In this document: positions 40,164 to 56,806 of the stretch, one piece after another
Layout: each line of letters begins with the position of its first letter
How positions within the stretch are numbered: position 1 is the first letter of the stretch
The notes under the pieces: generated by a model
Seen by the model: the letters and a program-made list of their open reading frames with translations, nothing else
The model's database searches: none
What the model was told of the DNA's origin: nothing
Made by a program: the position numbers and the translations under genes
Assembly: GCA_002189035.1 (NCBI GenBank)
Contig: NEEC01000002.1
Coordinates: 6,200,001 to 6,264,000 of the forward strand
DNA from: Utricularia gibba
Lineage: Eukaryota; Plantae; Magnoliophyta
Length of the DNA: 64,000 nucleotides
Direction of reading: 5' to 3'

Positions 40164-41287
40164 TAAAAATTTCAACTGTCCGGACCATCTATTTTTGTGC
40201 AGACAACCATCGGAATCATATTTAAAACTCCACGTAAGCGTTAATTTTGTTTAGTATATTGAAAACTACATTTTTTATAGATATATAATCTAATAATTAT
40301 ATAATTTATAAAATACTTGTATTATTCTTTAATTTATGTATTTTAAAACTTGCTATTTTTCTAATCAAAAGAAATTTAAAATAATATTATTTTAAACACA
40401 CATCTGCAAAAATTACATATTTAAATATACTTTTAATTTTTAATATGTATCATATATTTATATAAAATATTCATTAGTTAAGTTATCATATCAAAAAACT
40501 TATCAACCATTCCAAAAATAAAATATTCATTTGATTGCTTCAGTGACAATTAAAAATCTTATTAGCATTTTGGTCCCTCATCTTGGTGAGTATGAGAATT
40601 TCATACCCCTGTAATTATCATTAATTACTATTTGGTCATTTGATTTGATTCCAATCAAATTTTTAAAAACGGTTTGAGAAAAAAAAAAGGCAGGAATTAT
40701 GTTCAAAATTCAACGAGTCAAATCCTCCGGGAGGAAAGAACACGGATCAGGAATTCATGGCGTTTGTCTCGCTGTAATGAAGGAGCCATAAATGGAAGTG
40801 GTAGTGCAGCCATTATCAACGCCTCTGTTTCAGATCCCGTTATGCCCGACAGTTGACGATTCTGAGTAGACCCTCCTTGGGAGAGAGCTGTACAGGGAAG
40901 CCGCGTGAGTAATAAAAAGTTTGGTGGAAGACGATGCGGTTGTGGGGAAAGAAGGGATACAAATTAGGAAGTAGTTTTTTCGTGGAAATGAATTCGTTTT
41001 GGACTGGTTTGGATGCCACCCACTTTTCCAGCTAATCAGGTTCCTTGGTTGCTGCCGATTGAAAAAGAAAAAGGGTTCTTTGTTTGCCGTTGTTGTGTTC
41101 CTTTAGCTTTCGGAGAGAGCTTTTATCATAGCAAACGGAACCCATTTGCCAAACTTGGCAATTTTTGTGTTTTTCTTCAAATATTTATGCGGCGGTGAAG
41201 ACTTCAGAGGGTTGAGTGAGACTGGCACCACTCTTTTTTTCGGATTAAGTTTTCTGGGTTTGGAACGATTGAGTGAAGGAACGAAGG

Positions 41288-44128
<2,841 letters not shown>

Positions 44129-44502
44129 TCATTGCTCAGGTATGCTGCATGAATGAATTGGCCTCATTTTCTGTCTAGAACGAATCATTTCAAGCACACT
44201 TGCCTTCAAAAAAACTATTCCGTTATTGAGGGTTCCTATAATTAATCGTTCCAAAAATCGCACTTTGCATTCTATCAAATAAGAATCAGTTTCGTATTTG
44301 ATATAATTTTTACATAAATAGATTGAAAACAGCTTAATTCTCATGTTTCGGTGCCTAACTATATCAAAAATTTCAAGGTTTTAATGCAACTCCAAGCAGG
44401 GGAAAGAATGGAGAGTTTTGGTAGCCAAACATCAGTTGCAAAGAGTTAAGACTGAAAATCGAAATAGAATGGTGTGTAGTACCGTCGACTCATGATGGGA
44501 GG

Positions 44503-47500
44503 TTACTGGATCTCCCCATCCTCACCAAGTTCACCATCTTCAAGCTCCTCGTTGGCAACAGTTCTCCGAGATGAATGGCGATGATCCCTTTTGTGTCTCT
44601 TGTGAGTACTTTCGGTCTCGGATTCCGGAGAATATGTATGCTGAATGAGACATCATCAGAGGAATCACTCAGGTAGTCTAGAAAGGAGTATTGAAATGCA
44701 ATAGCAAGTACCTTTCTTGACTTTTTACGATCATTGCCATGTCTACGTGACTTCTTGGTTTCTTCTTTGTCATCCTTATCAGAACTAGCATCATCAGTTG
44801 GGCTCTTATGCCGTTTCCTGTGTCTCCTATCTTTCTCCTTGTCTCTCCTTTTGTCATCTCTATGTGAATAACCCTCTATATCTTCCATGTCATCATTTTC
44901 TTCATCATCCTTCCTTGAACTTTCTTTCCCCTTTTCCTTGTCTCTCTGACGATCCCTGTCTTTGTCCCTCTCCTTTCGCTCTTTGTCCTTTTTTTTCTCT
45001 TTCTCCTCCCGGTCCTTATCTTTCTTTACCTGAAAAGTGGGAAAAAAATTCAGGAATAAATGAGGAATTAGTGCTGCAACTACAGAGAATAAAACATTTG
45101 GTATGGCTGTCGCCAAGGAAAAAACAAGTGAATTTATTTTATGCAACACAAAGGCTTTCACTGAACACCAGCTTGTTTTTTTTTTTTTCTTGATTTTCTC
45201 TGTCAACATGGCATCAAAACAAGGCAGTAACCTACCGTAGAAACAAAAAACATTTCATGAACATCAAACAAGCAAGTATGTTTCACAGGGAATGAACAGC
45301 TGATAGATGGGAAATAGTCAAAGAGATATTACCCTTTCATCATCTCTTTTACGCTCCTTTTCCTTCAGCTTTTCTTGCATGCGAGACACATAATCATCAA
45401 ATATCTCCTTGCAATAACTTTCTTCACCAATGTCCCTGAAAAATTTAGGACATTACAACACCGACTTTCAACATGATGGAAAGGATCAATGATAAGAAAA
45501 AAAAAAATCATGAACAACATGAGATTCATGTATTTCCCAGTTGAAGAGAGATTTACCTGTATTCAGAACTGTTCTCCACAAGTTGCTTGCTCTCCTCCCA
45601 GGTAGATAGTGCATTACTTTCCTAGTGTTGTTGCCATTAGAGGATAAGAAAAATCCAGCAACAAAAAAGAAAAAGGAACCAGCTATGCATGACAGTACTA
45701 GAAACCTTGGTGCTGGCCAGTAAGTCAGTGAAGTCCTTAACCAAATGTTTCCACTTCTTAGCCTCCTTCTCTTCTTTTTCCCTTGCCCTATCAATCAGAT
45801 TTTCGTACACCAGCTGAAATTTCACAAATTTTAGCTGACTGACAAGCATTGCTGCAAAGCTTGTTATAAAAAAAAAGCTAACAAATGAACCGGGGAGTGT
45901 AAAAACTTCTACAAGGAAAATAACACGAAGATGATGGGGGTCAAGAAAATGGCTGTAGTAGATACCTTGAGATTAGTATCAGATATTGAAGCAGAGCTAA
46001 TGATCTCCTTGAGAGAGGACTTCAGTTCTTCAAAAGCCAACGTTGACTCAAGAATAATCTTGGAGTTCGCATTCCAAGAAGACATAGGATTATGAATAAG
46101 CGTATTTTCGTGGATTAAAGCGTGCAACAAACAAATTAAAATTTACCTTTTCTTGTTTCAAAACATCTTTTATGAGAGCCTTGTCTTCCTCATACTGCCC
46201 AACGGACAAAGGTTATCATCAGGATAGGCACATAATCTCTTCTGAATCTAGTTCAAGGAAATACCATTGTGGAAAAGAAGAATTGCATTGGAGGGCAGAA
46301 AAAAATCAAAGACAAATTAGCTTCATGTTTAAGAGAACTATCTCAATAACACAGTTTCATTCAAGCACAACTATAATTCTAGCAAGCTAATAACTGAAAC
46401 ACAGATTCAAACATTAATAACATCAAGGTTTAGGAAAAGGGTACCTTTCTCTCCAATTCTTCTGCAACATCCTCAAACAAATCCTTGGGGGTGGAACCCG
46501 AAATGTTTGATGAAACTGCCTTATAGGCCTCAGAGTCCTTTACCTACAAAATGAATAAACCGCATCCCTAAGCACAATGTCAAATATAATTGATTATCGT
46601 AAATGAAATTCCTTGATTAAGGGGAGTTTCAGGATGGAGACCTACTTGTTGACAGTAGTCTCGCCAAATAGTTTTAGCAGTAAGAGTGCCTGCAACAATA
46701 TGCTCATCCAGCATCTGGCGGAACAAATCACGGTTTTTACGCTCAATTCGCCTCAGGTGATCCTTCATACAATTAGACAGAAAAGCCAGTAAGAATCAGT
46801 GGGAAGAAAACTATCAAAAGAAGCAACAAACAATTAATACCTTTTGTCTCTTCCTCTGCTCCTCCTCCTCCTTCTCTAAATCACGAATATAGTCCTAAAA
46901 GCACAAGGCAAGTATGAACAAACCAACTTCCATTTGAGGAGGAAAACGGACATGACAACAGCAGGAATCCAAGATCAAAAAAGGGATGGAATCGAATGAA
47001 AAATTAGTGCACAGGTGTAAATAATATGGGTCAAGCAACTAGGCATGCTGTACAACCTGAAAAATATCTAGCCGATCAATTTTATCAAGGCGTCTACTTC
47101 TTTCGTCGTCTTCAAGAAGATCTTGGATCTTCTGCCATGGGCTATCCACCTAAAAGTAAAAAAAAAAAGAGAGAGGAATACCTTGGAGGAATATAAAGCA
47201 TGGCAACAATGAACAAACTAAAGACATTGGAGGAATACCTTGATGAAGTCACATGACTCAAGATATTTTCTGAACTCATTCCTGTTGTGTCTATACTCCT
47301 CCTGGGCCTTCACCTTTTCCTGACTCATCCAAAAGAGAGGCAGGCGTAGCACCAAAGAATTAAAGCGCAGGAGAGTCATTATAGGTGCTAACTTGCTGGT
47401 AAACGATTACACGATACAACAAAGTTAATAATCATTCCTTATTACAGAGAAAACATCATCCTACCATCTTCTGAAGGTCCACCAAATAGTTTCGGTATAA

Positions 47501-50500
47501 ATCTTCACGATCCACTTCAAGCTCAACAGCTTTGAATCTTGTATCATCTTCAAACATTGTCACAGCTTTGCTGAAAAATCATAAAAATAACAAGAGCTTT
47601 ACATGGAATTACAGATATATGAGCATGAACTTGGAAGAAGTAAGAAAACCTCCAACGGGTTGAAGATGTGAGCTCTTTAGATTCCTACACAAAAAAAGAT
47701 GGGGGAGACGGAGTAAGCAAACAGCAGTAAAGAGCGACAATATTCTTCTCTTGAAAACAGGGCAATAGAACCCAAATATTAAATACACAAATTGGCCAAA
47801 CAAAATCACAAGGTGTGGTGAGTGCAACAGAGCGACAAATTTTTTTAAAATTAACTATCCCAAGACATAACATAGAAAGATCTTCATCCTTACTTCCAGC
47901 ATCTTCATGAAGTCTTCCTTTGCTTTTCTTTGTTTGAGGCGCCTCTCCTCCCCCTCCACTTTTTTTCTTTGCATTATATACTACAATATACGAATCATCA
48001 GGTTATCTTAGGATCATAAATCTCTAGTAATCCAAAAATCTGTTAGAAATAAATTGAAGCATGCAACTACCTCATTAAATGCCTGCTTTTTTTCACCAAG
48101 GGTCTTGAGGGCACCATATCTCTTGTCAGTGATAATAACTCGCATGGCCTAAATTTGAGTGAAAACATTAAGACTTAACCATTTCAATGAAATTCTGTAA
48201 GAAGACCAAGAATACTTCTTCACCTGATCCCAGGACCAATCAGCTCCAACATTTGCAGAGTCCAACAAGGTTTTGAAGACATTTTTTGCCTCCTAAAAAG
48301 ACAAGGCATAAAATTTTATACTCCATTAACTATGTCCATGAACTTTAATGGGAATGATAGTAGAAAGTATGCCCATTTTACAGACAAACAAGCATAAAAA
48401 AGGAGGAAAACATATGAGTCACTTAAAACACCCACCTGCTTGGTGGCATATGTTATGGGTTCATCATCCATAGTTTTCTCCTCTTCCATGGGATTACGAG
48501 GTTTCCCATCCTAAAGGCTCAAATACATTTGTTACTATCTTGCAGTCTAATTAAAAGCGATTAAAAAAATAAGTTCTATGATTTTGCATCAGGAAAACTG
48601 AACATTAAAAATCAGGTGTAGTCAATGAAATCAGGATTTATTAACAAAAAATTGAAAAAGAAAAAAGTGAAAAGGTTTGAAAAGATGTGCTATGACAAAA
48701 TAAACGTGTTATCAGAGAAAGATCGGATTCATTGCAGGATTAACACCTGCAATCACGAAGGAACATCAATAAATAATTCATACCTCAATATCTTGGGTGG
48801 AAGCTTCTTCAAGGTTACTTGTAACAATCGGTACTTTGTTACTGGTCCTGAAATAGCGTCCATCAGTGAAGATGAAAGAAATAGTTCCACATGTCAATAT
48901 AGGTACCGTACAATGTTGCAGAATTGGCACTTGACATTATGGTTGGAACAACTGTACTTCCAGAGTTTTCAGAATTAGACAAATCCTCAATTCTTTCCAC
49001 AGAGGCAGCTACAGATGGACTTATTGCCACAGCCCGGTTTCCATGAAAAGCTGGCTCAGAGTCCTTCAAAGTGGAAGTACCGGTATCAGAAATAGTCTGT
49101 CCAAGACTTGTCCTGACTACAGATGGTGCAGAAGACGCATTGAAGACCAGTGGAGTAGATGAGTTTTCACTAGAACTGCCGTCAGCTGCGGTAGGGTGGG
49201 GAGATTTGGTTTTAATGTGAGGCTGCCCTCCCTCAGCCATAACCTTTTCAGCTAGTTCACGGGCCAACTGAGTCACATTTACCCCACCTTAGTATAATTA
49301 TATGTTTATCCGACATAAGAGTGTTAAAGAAAAACCTTTAAATCTTCAGGTATTGTCCATTTAGATTGCTTTGTCTCCTTGTTATAATAATACCTGCAGT
49401 GTTCATTGTAACAAACGAGCAACAGTCATGGTTAATCGAGGGTTCTTGTGGGAAAAAGTCAAATTGTCCACTCAAGAATGTGAGCTTACTTTTTACCCTC
49501 AGGTGTTGTAAATTCTTTCCAAACTGTGGACGCATCAGCTTTCTGCCAAAAGCATATACAGATTCTTAAATGTTTTTAATTACCACACAAGCACAAGATC
49601 AATAAATTTTAAATGGCTAACAAAATATGACATTCTCAGAATTCCCAACACAGTAAAATATGCTGGGAAAAGCATATTGAGTGATCGCAGGCTTATTTTG
49701 TTAAACCATTCATCTTGGAAATTTTAAGAAGTTATTGTTCCGTAGAAATCTTGTAAGAGATACAGCACTATAGATTCATTTTGATGTTCAAGATGATGAC
49801 AATATGAACATCAGTATCTGCAGATGATTAATCTTGCCACACTGGACCACAATTTCCTAAATATGAAAAAAAACGTTGACATGTGCCTACCCTATGCCCT
49901 TTCCTCACTCTCATCAATAAAAATCTAAATTTTGCAGCAAAAAAATTAATCTTTTCAAAATGATTTATTTGGTATCCACAACAAACGGCAGCATGTTCTT
50001 CATACAAATGATACTAAAATCAAGAGCACTCTGAATTTTATAAGGCAAGCATCATATGTTCTTAAAAAATCACTATGAGTTAAAAAAAAAAATCAACCAA
50101 ACATCCCCAAAAGGCATTTATATGAGTTAAAAAAAAAAACTACAAACATCTCCACACGTCATTTATGGTAGGTATATGTGGTCACAGGCTCATTAGCAGC
50201 ATAGCTGGAGAGCAGAAGAGCGTTAATGTCCACGCATTCTCAAAAAATAGAATTTAATTGTGCAGAAATGGACATTTTAAATAACATGCCTTTGCAGACA
50301 CAACATAATCAACAGATCATCTGTTGAATCGAATAGACAAAAAAATTCATCGATCATCTAAGAGGAAGTGAAACGAAATTAAATGGCTAGATTACATGCA
50401 AATTAACAACATAGTGTTGCCTGGTCTGAGAAAGTGAAACCGCCTTCAAAGCGAGGACAAAGACCAGTCGTTATATTCCCATCACTTGCCATGACATCTA

Positions 50501-52515
50501 CAAACCAGTGCAGTAATTTACAAATAAAAGCTAGGAGACACAAACCAATCTTCAACAACTTGAACATCCATGGGCTTTGAATACTCACAACATAAAACAA
50601 AACTTGATATATGCATGAACAAGATGACATTGAGCAGATATCATGCACAATGTATATCAGTACCATCCACTCACCTCCAAAGGCGTCATCAGCTCCAGGG
50701 GCTTTTCCCAACTAGATATTTTTGTTACCTTGTTGAAGTAATATCTAGACATTGCATACAAAAAGAGTAAAGGTAAAGAACCACTTTTAACGAGGGACTG
50801 CTTTTAGACACATGTGCAATCCACTGAGAGATACTAGATGAAGATAAATGTCCAATATGATGAAGGATACACCAAAAGTAAATTCCTGTTGTAAAAAAAT
50901 TAAAGCTATGCAATAAAGGCTCAAAATCATAGAAAATAAATCACCTTCTTCCATCTGCAGCTTCATACTCTTGCCAATCTGACACAGCCTGCTCTGATAT
51001 GTTGGATCCATTGGCAGTCTTCAAATGAAACAGAGTCCGAATAGGAGCATAAGTTATCAGCAACAAGGAAGACAAATATATGATCACGTAAAGTTGTAAC
51101 AGATTACTTCTGATAAATAAGAGGTTAGACAGGAGCAATAACTTGAGGCATTTCTCAGTAACAAAAAGATAGCAGCTCAACAACACCCACACTTTCAATG
51201 TTAATGATAAAACTACCACCTAAGAAAGGTGCAGGGAAATTACACCAAAATCTATAAAACTTGAAACAGGATGAGAAAAGACCAATCTTACCACTATAGC
51301 TCCTGAAGTGGGCAAGGTTTGCTGTGATGGTACAACAGAAGGTGTACTTAGAGTTGACTGCATCAACGGTTGAACTCCATTAGACGCAGCATGGACAGAC
51401 AAAGGATATGAAGGCACCGGGGCATTGCCAGATGGCATTCCAACAGAAGGCATAGAATACTGAAAAGAAGCCAGGACGTCAACTCACAACCGGGAGAATG
51501 TAGGAAGTTCTCACCAGATTATTACCGTGTATGGAGCAGACTGAGGCTGTTGAATATTTGATGTAATGGGTGCACTTGCTTGAGGATAAAAAGATGGTGA
51601 TGCGTGTCCAGGTTGTGAGTGTGTAATAAATTGTTGCATAGGCTGAGAAAAAGTTGGAGGTTGAATTTGACTGGGAGAAATACCAATAGGTTGAGACTGG
51701 CCTGTGGAAATGAACTGCTGAGGAAATGCTTGACCTTGTGGAGCTTGTACAGCAGGACGGAACTGTGGAATTTTAAAGGCAAGAGCCATATAATACATGA
51801 ATCGATTTTTAGGAGAAAACATCGCCAAAAAAATTGCATGCTAGAGTACCTGCATAGGATAAGGAGGAAATAAACCTTGTGTAGCCACAGATCCAGGTGC
51901 AGGATGAGGCCATAGTGGCTGTAACCAGTAATGAGTTCTATCAAAATACACTCAAACATGAAGGAAAAATGAAAAAATTAAATTGCACTAGCTGGAATAA
52001 CATCAAAATGCCCTGTTCTGAAACCAAATTTATGAAATGATTCAGAAAAGATTCTGTGACGATATATTTATGAACTAAATATAATCAGATTCAATAATTA
52101 TTAAAATGTTTTGAAGCAGCAATAAATAATGAGATTAAATGGAAGATTATCAAACACAAACTCAGCATCATAGATGTACTCACAAAACACTATCTTAATT
52201 ATTAAATTTCATCATTCGCATCGTCTCCAAATTCATATCACTCTTCATAATTTCTTTGAAAACTTGAAACAACAGAACAGGCCCAAAATGAGGAGGCTAA
52301 AGCTGGATAAGACATACCCCGAGTCAAAAAAAAAAAAAATTCTGCCCAAACACATTATCAAAATATCAAGCCTTATATGATGCACTTGAGATGTCCCAAA
52401 CAATTAACAAATTGCATTCCTAGAAAAATGATTTTCTCTTTACATTGCAATACAAGACGCTTGACAATTGCAGGATCCATACCTGAGAACCGGAAGGCGG
52501 AGGATTACTTGCCAT
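44503..52515 (-). CDS. PRP40: Pre-mRNA-processing protein 40 (PRP40A/B-like; WW and FF domains)
   Basis: [11 protein letters not shown] start, Pro/Gln-rich N-terminus, WW1 [30 protein letters not shown]2 [31 protein letters not shown]-repeat exons, KDKERKERD-rich tail ending [14 protein letters not shown]. Confidence 0.94.
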
Positions 52516-53151
52516 ACCAATACGTGTTTTAATTTCAGCAAGAAACGCGTCATAACCAATGAAACAAAACCCTGAAATAAAAAATAAAAAAAATAACGTA
52601 AACAAACAAGAAATAAGCTCTACACACATTGCATAACCTACCAAGGCACAACTACATTATTTTCCTAAAATTATGACATTCTAGCGATGTAATTCACTGA
52701 AATACCATGAAATCCAATACCTGATTTCAACGAGACGCGATCCGCAACCCAAATCAAGCAGAAATTTCATGCGATCGACATAAGCCCTAAGATTGGGGAA
52801 ATTGAACCGATTGATGATTTGGGCCATTGGTCAACTGTATTTTGAGCTTGTATGCAGTGAAGGCCCGACCCAATCCTTGTTGCAACAATCTGTGAAAGGG
52901 CTAGGGGTTGAAGTCAGGCCCTAAAAAGATTGTAGTCTATCTTCCACCGCTTAGTGGATTTAAAAATATTGATATATTTAATAAGCATTTTTATACATGA
53001 TTATTATAAAATTATTTTGTAAACATAATAAATTATTTTTATGATTAAATTATATATTTATTAATACATTAATTATCTTATTTTATAAAAATAACATATA
53101 TTGTAAATTCAAACATCATAATTAATTCTCAAAACTATACAATCAAAATTC

Positions 53152-53490
53152 TAAGGGTGTGTTTGTTACCTAAAGTATTTGGTTCATGGATAAATCAAAT
53201 ACCACATTTGATACATGGTATGAGAAGTAATGGGATATAATAAATTGATATTTAAAATATAAACTTTATAATATTTAAATATAATATTTTATCCCATAAA
53301 ATATATGAGACGATTATACCTTTTATTTTTAATATAAAATTACTTTATTGAACACATAATTACTCATCGATTTTTTCTTGTCATATTTATGTATAAAGTT
53401 TTAATTCTATATAAGTATAATTATATCTTTTCAATTAAATATACATTCATCTCATCTTTTTCTGTCTTATACAACCAAATAAATTGCTAT
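53152..53490. mobile_element. Possible degenerate Tourist/PIF-Harbinger-like MITE remnant
   Basis: TAA followed by GGGTGTGTTTG (a typical MITE terminus) at 53152-53165; only a weak partner end (CCAAAT) near 53475. Confidence 0.25.
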
Positions 53491-54240
53491 ATTTAAATTT
53501 TAATTAATTTCAATAATTTTTAAAATTAATCATAGAATCTGAATTTTTAATTTACTGTAAAACGACTAAAGATTAAAATCTTTAAAAATTAAATAGAATT
53601 ATTTCAATAAATTATTAAAACAGTAGGTGAGGAGTACTTAATTACAAACTTTCATATTTGGGTTGATGACCATACCAATCCACAGCACAAATAAGCTGTG
53701 AACTTGGAGATGGCTGAGCTCAATGATGAATTGAAATTTTAATAGTCAATCAATAGACTGATTATTATTAGAACAATTAATTAAAAATAAAAATATAATA
53801 ATGAATTATATAAAAAATTATGAATTATTATTAATCAATTAATTCTAATCTTTTATTATAATTTATATTTTATATATACTTAAATTTCACAAGTATAACA
53901 GATGAAAATGCCTGTGTATCCCATCTTCATTAGTTACATAGCAATGCAGCATTCATGTTTCATGGCAAAAGCCATTTAAAATAGTGAAGCCAAATTTCAT
54001 AAAACTGGCATAAGAGTGAAGAAGCACCATGGACCACTTCAAGGAGACGAAAGGGAAGATCTTGTGGATCTTCGGATCAGGTTTGGGTGGTCCAAATTGT
54101 CGGTGATGGGATCAGAGAAACTGCTGTGACCACAGCAGAATGACTGAGAAAGTTTTACCTCAAATGTCTGCAGAGGATTATACATGTAGTTAGAAGAAGG
54201 TGAAAATTGGAAGACAGCTTTTCTTTTTTCTAATGTGAGT

Positions 54241-56249
54241 TCAAAACTCAGGCAAGGATGTAGTCTTGATGGTGCCATTGCTAAGGGTAGCGCCGTCCAG
54301 AGCTTTGCTGCTGTCTGCGCGGGGGCTGCTCCCAGCACTGCTGCTTGACAAGGAACCAAATGTGCTGCTTGAAAGGACTCCAGTAGGAGATGAAGTTAAG
54401 TGAGAACTGAGAGGATCCCTGGTTGCACATGTTCTGCTGTGTAGAACTTCTCCTAGAGGACCAGCCATGGAGGGCTCCCAGGAGATGGGGACACAGTTGG
54501 GAGCCTGTCTTTGTTTGTGTTGTGAACCAACTGCCAAACACATTTGGAACTCCTGGCATGATCTTTGGAGCTTGGAGCTTGTTGGGGACGATGGGGAAGG
54601 CATGAAATCTGTGGCTGCGGCAATGGGGATGGAAATCGACAGCTGAGTTCGGTCGGAGAGGCCTCCAGACCAGGCATCCATGAACCCTCTGAAGGGATTG
54701 TTGTCTTTATCATCGGAAGTCCCATTACTCCTGCTACGGCCGAGGGCTGAGCTCCGGTCCAACGGATTGAATGCAGAGTCGGCGGAGACGAACCCGAATT
54801 CCTCCTTGCCAAGGAGACTTTTCTCATAGGACACACAAATGACAGCGGTCAGGAATCAAAGACAGTCAAAGTTAAACTTTCTGATGGATATAGGCCTGTG
54901 TTTCACCTCTCAAAATTGGGTGCAGCAAGGATAACAGAAGCAGGCTGCCGGGAAACGCTCACGCTCTTGGTGGCTGGGGTGCCAGCTGCTGCCGGTTTGT
55001 TGTTCATGGCGGTGGTTGTTCTGGTGGCAGCATGGCCAGATTGGCCTTCCACAGGCTTTCTTGAACGATGGCGGCCCCGATTCATATGCCTCTCACAGTA
55101 CTTCTGGTCGGCTAAGGCATCCCTCGAGCACCTCCATTTCTTCCCGTCCGTTCTCCGGCACCGCCCTGGCTCTGGATCTGAACTGGAGAATCCTCCCAAA
55201 CGGGATGCTCCCCATCCCACTATAAAAATCCAAACACAGCATCCAGGTCAGCCAAAGCAAACAGCAACTCGCCATAACTTAAGCCAGGATACAGATGCAA
55301 AGAAAACACTAACAGGGATTGGATCTCAGGCCTGGGAAGGTGGAGAAAACAGCAGACTCCAAATGCTTTCTGATTGGATTGAGAAGACAAGATGGAATAG
55401 GCACATTTGAAGTTAGGTACTTGTAAATCAAGGCCTGATCTTCCAACTCCATCCACTGAGAAGGAGTAAAGGGTATCCTCATCCCAGAGAAAGCTCCAGC
55501 AGAATTTAAGCCTGCAGAGTGGAGGAAAACCAGTTAATAGCACTGCAACATCATGGATTTCTTTTTTGTTTTGTATAGATCACTGGGTTTGGAATTGAAG
55601 GAAACTTGCAGTAGTGTTTCATGAAGTAGGAAGCGAAAGCGAAGCCCCCAAAGTAGAGCAAGGAGCAAAGAAATCCAGAAGCAGGGGGGACAAGGCTTAA
55701 AACGAAGATGTCAAAACTTCGGTTAGATGACAAATCTTTTTTCAGAAACAGGTGCAAATCTACAACATACTATATTTTGAGGAACCCATCAAAGTTCTTG
55801 CCAGAAAACCATCTCTTTGAGGTTTGGATGCTGACTTATCATGCAAAATACAAAGGCCCTACAGGATCAAACTGAGGAAGGCATTAAAATATGCAAACCT
55901 GTGAGTCTACTGAATCCAGCCGATGTTTGGTGATAATAAGGCAATGCCGCAGTCCCTGAAGAAGCAGGAGAAGAGAAGCTGAGCATTTGGTGTTGGCCTT
56001 CAGATTGGATGCTGGAATGGGTTTGCTGCAAAGCTAACTTTTTTATTGTGAGCAGAAGTTTTGACCACAAGGGAGTATAATGATATTCCTGAAATTTACC
56101 TCATTTACTCCCCTTTCTTGCTTCAGAAACCCAGGCACAAACCCCTTCTGCATATCGATTTCAAATGAAGAGCCGCCACTGTTAGAAGCTACAGTTACTG
56201 TGCTCGAGCAACGCACAAAATTGTCCAAGTCCACTGCCCCAAAATCCAT
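54241..56249 (-). CDS. GRF1: Growth-regulating factor GRF1/GRF2-like (QLQ and WRC domains); exon 1 appears frameshifted at about 56045-56099 and the exon 4 acceptor is unclear
   Basis: MDFG...FLKQER start; [23 protein letters not shown] (55511-55314); [23 protein letters not shown]...[21 protein letters not shown] (55219-54907); [15 protein letters not shown] and SSPTGVL...FGSLS C-terminal motifs. Confidence 0.93.
55047..55067 (-). promoter_or_regulatory. miR396 target site in the GRF WRC exon
   Basis: CGTTCAAGAAAGCCTGTGGAA on the sense strand, the canonical bulged GRF miR396 site. Confidence 0.95.
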
Positions 56250-56778
56250 GTGGGAGAACAGAGCACCAAAGATTACAGAAACCTGTAGCCCTTAACACGA
56301 AGAAGAAAAACAAGAAGAGGGCCATTGGAAAAAGAAAGTAGAAACATTTTTGCAAGTTTTTGCACTACTGGATGATGGCCCTGTTTGTTTCAAGAGTTCA
56401 AAGAGGCAAAAAAAAAAAAGAAGCACTAAAGCGGTGTTCCTTCCTCCATGGCAATGGAGCTCAATCCTTTCTCAACAGACGTCTCTTCTGTCTCATGTTT
56501 TGGCAAAAGAGAGCAAGACAGGAAAAATACGAAGAGGTTGAAGAACAGAGAGTGGGAAGCAAGCGAGAGGGAGACGGTGCGGGTAGGATGGCAAGGAGGC
56601 ATACTGTGTGAAGGCCTTGTGACATAACTCCGGATCTGTACGGGCATCCCAAGTTGATAGAAACTTATCAAAAGATAATCTTCACGTCATTTACGTTTTA
56701 ATCCTCGTTTTCACTCGGACCGATCGCCCCCACGGTTCGACCGGTTGAACCATTTTATGGGGGTGAAAAAATCAAGTG

Positions 56779-56806
56779 AATAATAATAATAATTATTATT
56801 ATTATT
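56779..56806. repeat. 28-bp perfect palindrome of AAT/ATT trinucleotide repeats upstream of GRF
   Basis: AATAATAATAATAA followed directly by TTATTATTATTATT. Confidence 0.9.

Noticed and set aside
47171-47244. Second copy of CAAG|GTATTCCTC donor inside a PRP40 intron
   Set aside because: Using it would leave only about 30 nt to the acceptor, too short for a plant intron
50070-50155. Tandem TATGAGTT-poly(A)-CAAACATC duplication in a PRP40 intron
   Set aside because: Low-complexity local slippage with no splice or structural consequence visible
54898-55410. 170-aa plus-strand ORF antisense to the GRF WRC exon
   Set aside because: Antisense shadow of a conserved exon with no independent homology signal
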